Of a DNA stretch of 56,435 nt, positions 1-9,185 are shown piece after piece. The notes beneath the pieces are model-generated. The model did not search any database. It saw only the letters and a list, made by a program, of their open reading frames with translations, and had not been told where the DNA came from. Source of the stretch: Christensenellaceae bacterium (GTDB lineage: Bacteria > Bacillota > Clostridia > Christensenellales > UBA1242). Made by a program: the position numbers and the translations under genes. Position 1 is the first letter of the stretch. The number at the start of each line of letters is the position of its first letter. The stretch covers positions 1-56,435 of the forward strand of contig JAISHI010000028.1 of the NCBI GenBank assembly GCA_031262595.1, in the 5' to 3' direction.

Positions 1-133
1 ATTACGACACCCCCGACCAATTCGAAGAAAAATTTTTCTCTCCCCTAGGGGAGAGAACCCCACCCACTAAATAACCTTACTCCATCTTTTTGTGTCTAAT
101 CGCTTGACATAGGTCCAGATACCTAGAACAAGT

Positions 134-268
134 TTGCGAGAGCAATCATTCGAAGTGTCGTAACCTAAATGCCTCCTTTAATCGTAACGAATAACCCGCA
201 AGGGCTCAAAGATTAAATATGAACAAGCATTATGAAAGAACAAGTAAATCTTTCTATGCTTGTTTTTT
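134..268 (+). promoter_or_regulatory. Structured 5' leader ending in an intrinsic terminator (candidate attenuator)
   Basis: GNRA hairpins TTGC-GAGA-GCAA (134-145) and CCC-GCAA-GGG (195-204); TTTAATC/GATTAAA stem; long AACAAGCAT..GAAAGA/TCTTTC..ATGCTTGTT hairpin (222-264) plus T-run just before the SD of the 295 gene. Confidence 0.45.
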
Positions 269-294
269 ATTGCAAAAATTAAAGGAGAATTAAA

Positions 295-960
295 ATGGAA
301 ATTAAAAAACTGTGGGAAGGAATCCCCACTAAAAAGTGCGCCGAGTGCGCTAGGAAAGACAAAACGTGTGACGGAATGTTGGTCTACGATAACTTATGTT
401 CAAATGTAAATTATCTTGAAATGTACGGCGAAGCAAATTATGAACGGAACAAAGAAACCTTTGCCGAACTTAAAAAGAAACTAAACGGCGAAAAGCCCTC
501 GATATTCTCGTTTGGCTGTGGGCTGGGGCTAGACTACTTAGGAGTTAAAGAAGTGTTTGGCGACAATGCAACTTACTGCGGAATTGACAAATGCAAGTGG
601 GCAATCACACAAACAGAAAACTATAAAAACTTCACGCCCAAGCTACCCAAGGCAATAGATTTTGATGATGGAATGTTTTCGCTTCATTTCCCATATCAAA
701 ACCCTGTGCTATGTTTCTTTCATTCACTTTATACAATCTCAAAGAATGTAGACCTGAAATCAAAACTTTTAGAAATGTTGCAAGGTAAACCTAACTTTTA
801 TATCGTTGTAAATTTCACAATCAACGTTCACTTCGGGCCAGTAATTCGTGAACGGGAGTTTCTTGGCGAATTAGTAACTGAATTAAAACGAACATTTAAC
901 ATCAAACAATTTGATATTTTGAACGATACTGCTATAATAATTAAAGGTGAAAAGAAGTAG
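295..960 (+). CDS. Hypothetical protein, SAM-dependent methyltransferase-like with N-terminal Cys cluster
   Basis: AAGGAG SD; motif I-like SFGCGLGLD followed by YCGID; CAEC..C N-terminus. Confidence 0.5.
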   Translation: MEIKKLWEGIPTKKCAECARKDKTCDGMLVYDNLCSNVNYLEMYGEANYERNKETFAELKKKLNGEKPSIFSFGCGLGLDYLGVKEVFGDNATYCGIDKCKWAITQTENYKNFTPKLPKAIDFDDGMFSLHFPYQNPVLCFFHSLYTISKNVDLKSKLLEMLQGKPNFYIVVNFTINVHFGPVIREREFLGELVTELKRTFNIKQFDILNDTAIIIKGEKK

Positions 961-1884
961 ATGATTTTAAGTGTTTCAAGAAGAACTGATATTCCTGCCT
1001 TGTATGTTGATTGGTTTTTTGACCAGTTGAAACAAGGTTTTGTTTTGGTGCCTAACCCCATGAACACAAAAAAAATTCAAAAGATACAATTGCAACCCGT
1101 TAAGATTGAAAGGAATTTGCTTGGTGGAGTTGAAGTTTCTGGTAATGTTGATGGCATTGTGTTTTGGAGCAAAAATCCGCAGCCACTGCTTGCCCGAATT
1201 GAAGAATTAAAAGACTTTAAATTTTACTTTCAATATACACTTAATGCCTACGACCAAAGATTTGAGGCTGGTATTCCGCCACTTGAAAAGCGAATAAAGA
1301 CCTTCCAAGATTTGTCTAAACATTGCCCGGTGGTTTGGAGATATGACCCAATCTTTTTGGGTTCAGGCATTACTATTGAATGGCATAAAGAACAGTTTGA
1401 GAATATTGCAAAGCAACTTGCGGGCTATACAGACCGCTGTATGATTAAATGCTTGCGTGATAAGTTTGCGGGAATTGTCACGCCCACCACAAGCCAAATT
1501 ATAGAAATTGCGACGGCGCTTTCCGCCATTGGCAAAAAGCATGGAATTGAAGTGCAGACTTGTGCCGAGATTATGAACCTTGAAAGTTACGGCATTAAAC
1601 AAGGCAAATGCACAGACCCAGAAATTTTTGAAAAATTGCTTGGTAACATAAGCCTAAAAACAAAAAAACTTGACGGGCAACGAAAAAACTGCCGCTGTAT
1701 TCCTTGCGTGGACATTGGCGTATATGACACGTGTAGCCACGGTTGCACTTATTGTTATGCAAGGCACAGCATCTTTGCAAAGGCAACTTGTTCCGCTAAC
1801 GCAAACAAAATAAAGGAAATGTATGACGGATTCGACGGCGAAATTTACGACCGCAAAACCGAGCGAATATTTGATTATAAATAG
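961..1884 (+). CDS. DUF1848 family protein (radical-SAM/SplB-like)
   Basis: MILSVSRRTDIPA, IVFWSKNP, WRYDPI and C-terminal CRC..CVDIGVYDTCSHGCTYCYA are DUF1848 hallmarks. Confidence 0.85.
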   Translation: MILSVSRRTDIPALYVDWFFDQLKQGFVLVPNPMNTKKIQKIQLQPVKIERNLLGGVEVSGNVDGIVFWSKNPQPLLARIEELKDFKFYFQYTLNAYDQRFEAGIPPLEKRIKTFQDLSKHCPVVWRYDPIFLGSGITIEWHKEQFENIAKQLAGYTDRCMIKCLRDKFAGIVTPTTSQIIEIATALSAIGKKHGIEVQTCAEIMNLESYGIKQGKCTDPEIFEKLLGNISLKTKKLDGQRKNCRCIPCVDIGVYDTCSHGCTYCYARHSIFAKATCSANANKIKEMYDGFDGEIYDRKTERIFDYK

Positions 1885-1932
1885 GCAGTAAGTTCCGCTT
1901 CACACAGCCCAACTTTACGCTTCGGACACACA

Positions 1933-1956
1933 AAAAATTGCCGTAAGGCAATTTTT
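1933..1956. terminator. Bidirectional intrinsic terminator
   Basis: AAAAATTGCC-GTAA-GGCAATTTTT between convergent genes. Confidence 0.8.
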
Positions 1957-2012
1957 CATTCTTCACTTTTTCAATTTTTCATTTTTTCACTAATATTTCC
2001 TCACTAATCTCT

Positions 2013-2432
2013 TTATAACTTTTCGTAAAGTTTCGCGAGGGCGGATTTAAGTTGTTTCGCGACAACGACGTAAGTTTTGAGGTCGGCGCCGTAAGGGTCA
2101 AGAACATCGCCGCAATCCGCGAGCTCGTCGAGCGTTTTAACGTTATCGTAGCTACCGATTTGTTCTTGGTGGCGCTTCGTCATGCAAACGATTAAATCGT
2201 ATTCGCCGAGCATAGCGGGCGTGAATTGCGTGGGCTTTATATGAAAACAACGTTCTTTAATCTTTTTAAGCGCAAGTTTCGCGTTCGGGCTCATTTCAAG
2301 CAGCGTTTCGGCGTATATGCCCGCGCTTTTTGCGGTGTGCCCCTTTTTTTCGCGAAGTTCGATATTATTAAAGATATTTTCCGCCATAGGGCTGCGGCAA
2401 ATGTTTCCCGTGCAAACAAACAAAACTTTCAT
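2013..2432 (-). CDS. Low-molecular-weight protein Tyr/Arg phosphatase
   Basis: P-loop CTGNICRS and DPYG motif. Confidence 0.9.
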   Translation of the reverse strand: MKVLFVCTGNICRSPMAENIFNNIELREKKGHTAKSAGIYAETLLEMSPNAKLALKKIKERCFHIKPTQFTPAMLGEYDLIVCMTKRHQEQIGSYDNVKTLDELADCGDVLDPYGADLKTYVVVAKQLKSALAKLYEKL

Positions 2433-3652
2433 TACAAAATTATCCCCCCGCCGATAACTTTTTCGCCGTTATAAAGAACGCACCATTGCCCAGCTGTAAT
2501 CGCGCGTTGTTTTTCCGCGAAGAAAACCTTTAAGTCGCCGTTTTCAAGGATTTCAAACCGCGCCGCTTGGTCGGGTTGGCGGTAGCGGGTTTTTGCGGTA
2601 ATATTAAACTCGGTCGCGCCCCCTAAACCCTCTGCGTTTGTAAGTTTTTTCGCGTCGTTCGGGATTGCGAGGCTCTTTGCGCTCTCGTCAACCCAATTAA
2701 ACTCCGCGCAAGTTAAACTATCGCGAAACATTTCCTCGCATTCGCCGTTCGAAACAACGAGAACGTTATTATCTAAATCTTTTTTAACAACAAACCAACG
2801 GCTCGTGTTCTCGCTAACCCCGCCAATATTAAGCCCGCGGCGTTGCCCGAGGGTATAGAACGCAAGCCCCTCGTGCTTCCCGACGATTTTGCCGTCCGCG
2901 GTTTTAATATCGCCCGGCTTCCCGCCGATATAGTTTTTAAGAAACTCGCGCATCCGCTTTTCGCCGATGAAACAAATCCCCGTGCTGTCTTTTTTCTCGG
3001 CGGTCGTCAGTCCTAATTTTTTCGCAATCTCGCGAACCTCGGTTTTAAGTAAGTTCTCGAGCGGAAACATTGCGCGCGAAAGTTGAGTTTGCGATAACGC
3101 ACAAAGGAAATAACTTTGGTCTTTCGATAAATCTTTCGCTTTTTTAAGGACAAATTTATCGCCGATTTTTTCTACGCCCGCGTAATGCCCCGTCGCGAGA
3201 TAATCCGCGCCGAGAGATAACGCCTTTTCGAGCAAATAACCGTATTTTATCTCGCGGTTGCAAAGAATATCTGGGTTCGGCGTTATGCCGCGCTTCAAAC
3301 CCGAGAGAAAATCCTCGAAAACGTTGTCGTAATATTGTTTCGAGAAATTAACGCCGTAATAAGGAATCCCAATCCTTTCGCAAACGCGCCGAACGTCCTC
3401 GAAGTCCGCCGTTGCCGTGCAAACCCCGCAATCGTCGACTTCCTCCCAATTTTTCATGAAAAGCCCAATAACGTTATGTCCTTGAGCCTTTAAAATCGCG
3501 GCAGTTACGGAACTATCGACCCCGCCGCTCATACCGACAACAATCGTCAGCGGCTTTTCCGCCACTTCGAGCCCAAAACCTTCTAATTTAAACTCGCCTA
3601 AATTATTTTTGGGATTATTCATGGCGCGTTGTTTTAAGTTAATTTCGCTCAT
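2432..3652 (-). CDS. mnmA: tRNA 2-thiouridine(34) synthase
   Basis: SGGVDS, PNPDILCNREIK, KDQSYF, CFIG, GQRRGL; start moved to the ATG at 3652 (ATGA overlap with upstream stop). Confidence 0.95.
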   Translation of the reverse strand: MSEINLKQRAMNNPKNNLGEFKLEGFGLEVAEKPLTIVVGMSGGVDSSVTAAILKAQGHNVIGLFMKNWEEVDDCGVCTATADFEDVRRVCERIGIPYYGVNFSKQYYDNVFEDFLSGLKRGITPNPDILCNREIKYGYLLEKALSLGADYLATGHYAGVEKIGDKFVLKKAKDLSKDQSYFLCALSQTQLSRAMFPLENLLKTEVREIAKKLGLTTAEKKDSTGICFIGEKRMREFLKNYIGGKPGDIKTADGKIVGKHEGLAFYTLGQRRGLNIGGVSENTSRWFVVKKDLDNNVLVVSNGECEEMFRDSLTCAEFNWVDESAKSLAIPNDAKKLTNAEGLGGATEFNITAKTRYRQPDQAARFEILENGDLKVFFAEKQRAITAGQWCVLYNGEKVIGGGIIL

Positions 3653-4254
3653 TTTTTGCCACCCTTCTTTCCCGCGCTCCATTCTTCTTTTTTAATATTC
3701 CCTTTTTGCGGTTTTTCGCCGAGCCGAACGGGATACTTAAACTGCCCAAAAATAACCGCAAACCAATCCCAAACCCACATACAAAAAACAACAAAACCAA
3801 AAATAAACGGCGGATAAGGAACATAACCCCGAACTAACTCGTCCCAACCCTGAGCGATTAAAGTCGGCGCAGACGGGTTTCCCCAGTTATAAAACAACCC
3901 CAACGAAAGCCCCAGCCAAAGCGCGGTTAAAACGGCGTAAGTTATCCCCCGCGCTTTTCGCCCTGCGACAAAACAATGCGCGCCAAAAATCCCGAGAATT
4001 AACCAAAGGCACATTTTCGTTAAGCTAAGGTCGTCAGGCCTATATTTCGTCATAACAATCTTTTCGCCCGATTTTGTTCGTTTAATATCCTTCGCTTTTT
4101 CTATGCTGGCTTCCGCGATTTGGACTTTCGAAATTCCGCAAACCGCGCATTCGCTAGTATATTTCGGGATTTTGTTCCCGCAATAAGGGCATTTTATAGT
4201 GCTGTTATAAAGCCTATCGAGTTTTTCGCTAACTGGTTTCTTAATTTGTGGCAT
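3649..4254 (-). CDS. Zinc-ribbon plus TM2-domain membrane protein
   Basis: CPYCG..CAVCG, then LGIFGAHCFVAGR (TM2) and hydrophobic helices; start at MPQIK inferred. Confidence 0.7.
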   Translation of the reverse strand: MPQIKKPVSEKLDRLYNSTIKCPYCGNKIPKYTSECAVCGISKVQIAEASIEKAKDIKRTKSGEKIVMTKYRPDDLSLTKMCLWLILGIFGAHCFVAGRKARGITYAVLTALWLGLSLGLFYNWGNPSAPTLIAQGWDELVRGYVPYPPFIFGFVVFCMWVWDWFAVIFGQFKYPVRLGEKPQKGNIKKEEWSAGKKGGKK

Positions 4255-4275
4255 GAAATATATTATCATATGCGC

Positions 4276-4304
4276 TTGACTTTTGCAAAACTTTTTATTA
4301 TATT
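4276..4304 (+). promoter_or_regulatory. Sigma-A promoter of rpsL-rpsG
   Basis: TTGACT-17bp-TATATT. Confidence 0.65.
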
Positions 4305-4467
4305 ATTCGCTATATGTAAGTGGCGGTTAATTTTGAAGTAGTAGCCAAAGTCGACCTCACGAAAATAGGTGGCGTGAATATAAGCGCTAGCAACCTTAGC
4401 GAAAGGGTTAATCGCTAGCCGTTGCAAAATTAAAATCTTAAAACTAATTAAAAGGAGATATTTTAAG

Positions 4468-4842
4468 ATGCCAACAATCAACCAAATAATGCGCAAACCT
4501 AGAAAAACTCGTGCGAATAAGTCAAAAGCGCCAAGCCTTCAAGGCAACCCACAAAAACGCGGAACTTGCCTTCAAGTTAAAACAGTTACGCCTAAAAAGC
4601 CTAACTCGGCTCTTCGAAAAGTTGCGCGTGTTCGTTTTTCGAATAAAGAAGAAGGAACGGCGTATATCGGCGGAATCGGGCATAACCTCCAAGAGCATAG
4701 CGTTGTGCTTGTTCGTGGCGGAAAGGTTAAAGACTTACCCGGCGTTCGTTATCATATCGTTCGTGGAACACTCGACACAGCCGGCGTTGCAAAACGCGCA
4801 CAAGGTCGTTCGCTCTACGGCGCAAAACGTCCAAAGAAATAA
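4468..4842 (+). CDS. rpsL: 30S ribosomal protein S12
   Basis: [29 protein letters not shown]; AAGGAG SD. Confidence 0.99.
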   Translation: MPTINQIMRKPRKTRANKSKAPSLQGNPQKRGTCLQVKTVTPKKPNSALRKVARVRFSNKEEGTAYIGGIGHNLQEHSVVLVRGGKVKDLPGVRYHIVRGTLDTAGVAKRAQGRSLYGAKRPKK

Positions 4843-4873
4843 CAAAAACTAATTAAAAGGAGAAAACTATATT

Positions 4874-5344
4874 ATGCCAAGAAGGTCAGGAGTTCCTGTT
4901 AAACCAGTTTTAGCAGACCCAATTTATAAATCCAAAACCATAACTAAACTTATCAACCAAGTTATGCTTGACGGAAAGAAAAGCATCGCGCAAAAAATCG
5001 TTTATGGCGCGCTTGAACAACTTTCAAAAAAAGTTAGCGCAGAACCATTAACGGCGTTTATGCAAGCGCTCGAAAACGTTATGCCTCTTCTCGAAACGAA
5101 AGCACGCCGCGTCGGCGGAAGCAACTATCAAGTTCCAATGGAGGTTCGCCCCGCTCGTCGTCAAACGCTCGGCATCCGTTGGATTGTTGATAACGCACGC
5201 AAACGTAGCGAAAAAACTATGGAAGAACGCTTGTTCGGCGAATTGCTCGATGCGTTTAACGGGACGGGTGGCGCGTTCAAGAAAAAAGAAGAAATGCACA
5301 GAATGGCAGAAGCCAACAAAGCATTCGCCCACTATAAGTGGTAA
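4874..5344 (+). CDS. rpsG: 30S ribosomal protein S7
   Basis: [24 protein letters not shown]. Confidence 0.99.
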   Translation: MPRRSGVPVKPVLADPIYKSKTITKLINQVMLDGKKSIAQKIVYGALEQLSKKVSAEPLTAFMQALENVMPLLETKARRVGGSNYQVPMEVRPARRQTLGIRWIVDNARKRSEKTMEERLFGELLDAFNGTGGAFKKKEEMHRMAEANKAFAHYKW

Positions 5345-5360
5345 ACCAAATCACCTAAAC

Positions 5361-5386
5361 AAAACTCGGTTAACCCCGAGTTTTTT
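5361..5386 (+). terminator. Intrinsic terminator after rpsG
   Basis: AAAACTCGG-TTAAC-CCGAGTTTTTT. Confidence 0.75.
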
Positions 5387-5423
5387 AATATGCTGTTGTT
5401 TATAGCCGAAAAGACGCCGAAAA

Positions 5424-6149
5424 TCAGTATATCTCCAATGTTTTCATAAGATCCATAACATCCGCGACCGTCACTATATTAACGGGCTTTTCCGTTGCTG
5501 TTCCCGAGCGCGTTACGATTATCGTCGAGAGTTTGCGGTTTTGGTTAAAGAGCGTTAAACATTCCTCGATAGTTATGTCGACGGAAACGACAACATAATG
5601 CTCGCTCGACGGAAACGCACGCAAATATTCCTCAATCGTCGTATCCGCGAGAAACTTATCGAGGCTGGCGTTTGTTGCTAAAATATTCGCCGCGATGTTT
5701 TCGATAAACTTTTGCCAACGGACAACGCCGATAAGGTTCGCGCCTTTATAAACAGGAATACAACTATGCCCAGACCGACCTGTTTCGAGTATAAGGTTGC
5801 GAAGTTTGAGCGTTCCGTCTATTACGATAACGTCTCTTTGGCGTAAAATAGAGGTTAAAAGCGGCGGCATAGAAACTAATTTCGCGATTTTTTCCATAGT
5901 CGCGACAACCTCGTCATGCGGTTCGGCGATAAGTTTGTCGCTCGAACTATGAACAATCGCGTTTCGAAGGCGCGCGAACTCAATAAGGTCGTCCTCGTAT
6001 CTGCGAACGACTTGGTTCAGCGAAGAACAACGCCGAATTAAATCGCTAAACGAAATATTAGTCTTAAAATTATATTGGTTGCGCAAATCGTGATCGATAT
6101 CGTTATACGCATTTATAAACCGCGCGCCGTTGCTTGAACTCCCTATCAT
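5424..6149 (-). CDS. CBS-domain protein
   Basis: N-terminal FINAYNDID..LRNAIVH..IAEPH region and CBS-like SCIPVY..LIGVV and IVTVADVM. Confidence 0.75.
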   Translation of the reverse strand: MIGSSSNGARFINAYNDIDHDLRNQYNFKTNISFSDLIRRCSSLNQVVRRYEDDLIEFARLRNAIVHSSSDKLIAEPHDEVVATMEKIAKLVSMPPLLTSILRQRDVIVIDGTLKLRNLILETGRSGHSCIPVYKGANLIGVVRWQKFIENIAANILATNASLDKFLADTTIEEYLRAFPSSEHYVVVSVDITIEECLTLFNQNRKLSTIIVTRSGTATEKPVNIVTVADVMDLMKTLEIY

Positions 6150-6230
6150 AACTTTATATTATACGTAATTTAGCCGAGAGTAAAGCGAAAACGCTTGCTT
6201 TTTGTCGCGCGCCTAGAATATATATTTAAT

Positions 6231-7151
6231 ATGAAAATCCAAAACAAACGAAGGAAATCCTTAACGCGAGAAGCGAAACGCAAGCGCAACTTATTAGTTC
6301 GAACGTCCAGCGACGACGGCGCGCCGGTTGTCGATATTAAGGGGCTTGTTTTTATTTGGATTATTGTCGGGATTATCGCGCTCGCGGTTTTTATTTATAC
6401 AGACCTCTTCCGCACAAAAAACAACGGCGACGCGCTTGACGCAGCTGCGATTATCGTTTCTTTCGCGGCGTTTATTATGCAATCGCTGTTTTCTATCGGC
6501 GTTTTGCTGCATAACTCCGCGCTCCGCAAATCAACCCTTTCGCAATTCGTTTCGAATAACTATACCGTTGTCGATTTCGTCGAAAGCATGACGATGGGCG
6601 CCGAAAGCAGCCGTTATACCGAACGCCTCGCGAAAGACCGCAGCCTTAGAAACTACATGAAAGAAGAAGATATCGTTAATACCGACGACATTTTGCGCAA
6701 CATGAACGATTATTATTTCTCGACCCTTCGTATTCCGTTTAAAATCGCGGAAGGAAAATCCGTCAACGCGCTTAAATTCATGGCGCTTAAATTCGTCCGC
6801 GAAAACGGCGACCATCATTATTTCATCCCTTGCGCGCAAACGAGTATCGGCAATACTGTTATCCTCTTTAACGACAAAACGAAACTCCAAGAAGTCGTTA
6901 TAAATCTCGTTCAAAAAAAGAGCGACGACGATTTTGACTCGGCGCGCGTTATTCCCTTCTCGCGTATAGAAATTTCGCTCGGAATGACGAGCCTTTTAGG
7001 AGTTACGACGAACGGCAGAATCGAACTTTATTTCGATAACCCAAAACGCCTCGACGACAACGGCGCGAACAACTATAAAATCTTCTCGTCGCAATTCCGC
7101 GCGCTCGGCATGCCAAAACTAACGACAAGCATCGCGGAAGATATACTTTAA
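6231..7151 (+). CDS. Hypothetical membrane protein (2 TM plus soluble domain)
   Basis: Long ORF with host-like codon usage and two hydrophobic segments; ATG at 6231 chosen. Confidence 0.6.
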   Translation: MKIQNKRRKSLTREAKRKRNLLVRTSSDDGAPVVDIKGLVFIWIIVGIIALAVFIYTDLFRTKNNGDALDAAAIIVSFAAFIMQSLFSIGVLLHNSALRKSTLSQFVSNNYTVVDFVESMTMGAESSRYTERLAKDRSLRNYMKEEDIVNTDDILRNMNDYYFSTLRIPFKIAEGKSVNALKFMALKFVRENGDHHYFIPCAQTSIGNTVILFNDKTKLQEVVINLVQKKSDDDFDSARVIPFSRIEISLGMTSLLGVTTNGRIELYFDNPKRLDDNGANNYKIFSSQFRALGMPKLTTSIAEDIL

Positions 7152-7186
7152 GTTGCCGAACGCTAGATTTTTTGATAGAATAACTT

Positions 7187-7828
7187 ATGAATTTAAAAAA
7201 CTTATTTATGTCGACGGAAACAATCGTCATTATATCGCTTATCGTTTTAATCGCGATTATATTGCTTGCGGTTTTCCTAATAAGGGCGCACGCGAAACTA
7301 AATAAAAGTCAGTTTGATGACAAAACGCCCGAGGTTGTCGAAATTCCTGCCGATAAAAAGAAAATCGACGCGCTTTTCGAGTTTGTTGAAAACCAAAAAC
7401 GCGAACAGCTCGCGAAAATCGAGGAAAAACAACTCAAAAAACTCGACCAAAAACAAAAACTCGAAACTTTTAAGCAAACCCGCGAACAACTTAAAGCAAA
7501 ACTCGAAGAAATTTTCGACGCCGGCGAATGGAAAAGCCTAGACGCGATTTTAAAAAGCGCGGATAAAGGCGGAATCGGGATTTATATCATTTATAACAAG
7601 ACGAAAAATAAATATTACGTCGGGCAAGCTAAGGCGCTTAATGCCCGAATCCGCCAACATTTCGCGGTTGAGGACATAACGCGCGATTTCCTTAGCGGCG
7701 ACGAAATCGCGGTTAAAACGTTTTCCGCGTCGGTTTTGCCCGCGGATTATCGCCTCGACCACATCGAAAAACTCGGTATCGAAATCTTCGGCGAAAATTC
7801 ATATAATAAAACCCACGGGAATTTATAA
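7187..7828 (+). CDS. Membrane-anchored GIY-YIG nuclease-domain protein
   Basis: N-terminal TM, coiled coil, GIYIIYN..YYVGQA..RIRQH, C-terminal E and YNK. Confidence 0.75.
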   Translation: MNLKNLFMSTETIVIISLIVLIAIILLAVFLIRAHAKLNKSQFDDKTPEVVEIPADKKKIDALFEFVENQKREQLAKIEEKQLKKLDQKQKLETFKQTREQLKAKLEEIFDAGEWKSLDAILKSADKGGIGIYIIYNKTKNKYYVGQAKALNARIRQHFAVEDITRDFLSGDEIAVKTFSASVLPADYRLDHIEKLGIEIFGENSYNKTHGNL

Positions 7829-7917
7829 AACCGCCCCTCAGAACTGCGTCTAAATCCTCATATATTTAGAAATAAGGTCCGTTTAATTTTGCCCGATCCA
7901 TCCTGTGCGATTATCTT

Positions 7918-8355
7918 TTACCTGTCTTTCTCCGGGGTATTTTCTTCGCCTTCTTCTTTTCTCCGACTCGCAAGCTTGTCGTGTATTTCACTACCTACCC
8001 AAGTGCCCACGCCCGAGGCCGCAGCTGCCCCTATGATACTAGTAAATCCTAGCACGCTTTCAGCATAACTTTGCATGAAGTCATCAACCCTTTTATTCAC
8101 CTCTGCTTCCGGAATACCCTCAGCACGCAATTCATTTCTTTTTTCATTTTCTAAATCCTGTCTGTTACCAACTGCATTCCCAACGCCCAGACTTGCGCCC
8201 ATAACGCCCAAACCAAGCATAACGCCCGCTGCTGTCCCGCCTGCTTTTTGAACAACCTTATTTACTTTCTCACGAATTGTTTTGGCTTTTTTAGGCGATG
8301 CAGTTTGACCATCTCTTTTCCCCACTATGCTTTTCATATAGTTTTTAACACCCAT
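7918..8355 (-). CDS. Orphan protein with two Gly/Ala-rich hydrophobic helices
   Basis: AAGGAG SD, own promoter, codon usage unlike core genes. Confidence 0.6.
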   Translation of the reverse strand: MGVKNYMKSIVGKRDGQTASPKKAKTIREKVNKVVQKAGGTAAGVMLGLGVMGASLGVGNAVGNRQDLENEKRNELRAEGIPEAEVNKRVDDFMQSYAESVLGFTSIIGAAAASGVGTWVGSEIHDKLASRRKEEGEENTPEKDR

Positions 8356-8395
8356 TTTAAAATCTCCTTTTTTAGAAAAATAATTTTTCTATTTA

Positions 8396-8424
8396 AGAAT
8401 AGACCCCCCCCCCCGATTTGTCAA
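8396..8424 (-). promoter_or_regulatory. Sigma-A promoter with G11 tract in the spacer
   Basis: Minus strand TTGACA (8424-8419), 17-bp spacer containing 11 G, TATTCT (8401-8396). Confidence 0.75.
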
Positions 8425-8504
8425 GTGTTTTTTACAAATTCGGCAATTTGCCCGAATTTAATCTTTAAATTGACGAACGCGGTTTTTCGCGCTAAGATAA
8501 CTTT

Positions 8505-9185
8505 ATGAAAATAAATACCGCAACAAAAATAACAATCGTTCGTATAGCCCTATTGCCGTTTATTTTGGCGATTTATTTAATGTCGTTTTACGGCGTTAGC
8601 GCGTTTATAACGGATTATGGGCGGCTTATCGCGATGGCGCTCTTTATAATCGCGGCGGCTAGCGATTTCGTTGACGGATATATCGCGCGAAAATATAACC
8701 AAGTAACGGACCTTGGCAAACTCCTCGACCCAATCGCCGACAAACTACTCTCCTTTCTCGGGTTTATACTAATCGTTTGCGACCCGATTTTAAATAACGG
8801 CTCGGCTGGGCTCGCGTTCGGCGAAAACGTTTCGGGTATCCTTCCTCTTTGGCTCGGCGTTCTCGCAATTTCTATCGCAACGATGCGCGACTATATAGTT
8901 AACGCAATCCGCCAAATCGGCGCGCAAAAAGGGCTCGCAGTCGCGGCGATTCCGTCGTCGAAAATTAAATCTACGGCGCAATATTTCGCAATTTCGTTCT
9001 TTATGCTTTATTCGTTCTCGCTCGGTATGGACTTCCTTAACGGCTGGCTGAAAATCGTTGTTCAAGCCCTTTGTTTAGCCTTTTTAATCCTCGCAACCGC
9101 GCTCTCGTTCTACACAATCTTCGACTTCCCGCTAAAAAACAAGCACGTTTTCGCGGCTAAAAAGGAAGAAACGAATGCAAAATAA
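8505..9185 (+). CDS. pgsA: CDP-diacylglycerol--glycerol-3-phosphate 3-phosphatidyltransferase
   Basis: DFVDGYIARKYNQVTDLGKLLDPIADK CDP-alcohol phosphotransferase motif. Confidence 0.85.
   Translation: MKINTATKITIVRIALLPFILAIYLMSFYGVSAFITDYGRLIAMALFIIAAASDFVDGYIARKYNQVTDLGKLLDPIADKLLSFLGFILIVCDPILNNGSAGLAFGENVSGILPLWLGVLAISIATMRDYIVNAIRQIGAQKGLAVAAIPSSKIKSTAQYFAISFFMLYSFSLGMDFLNGWLKIVVQALCLAFLILATALSFYTIFDFPLKNKHVFAAKKEETNAK

Noticed and set aside
37-58. Perfect palindrome TTCTCTCCCCTAGGGGAGAGAA
   Set aside because: Single copy at the window edge, possibly inside the tail of an upstream ORF; no function can be supported.
4511-4852. 113-aa ORF overlapping rpsL in another frame
   Set aside because: No SD or motif; shadow of a conserved gene.
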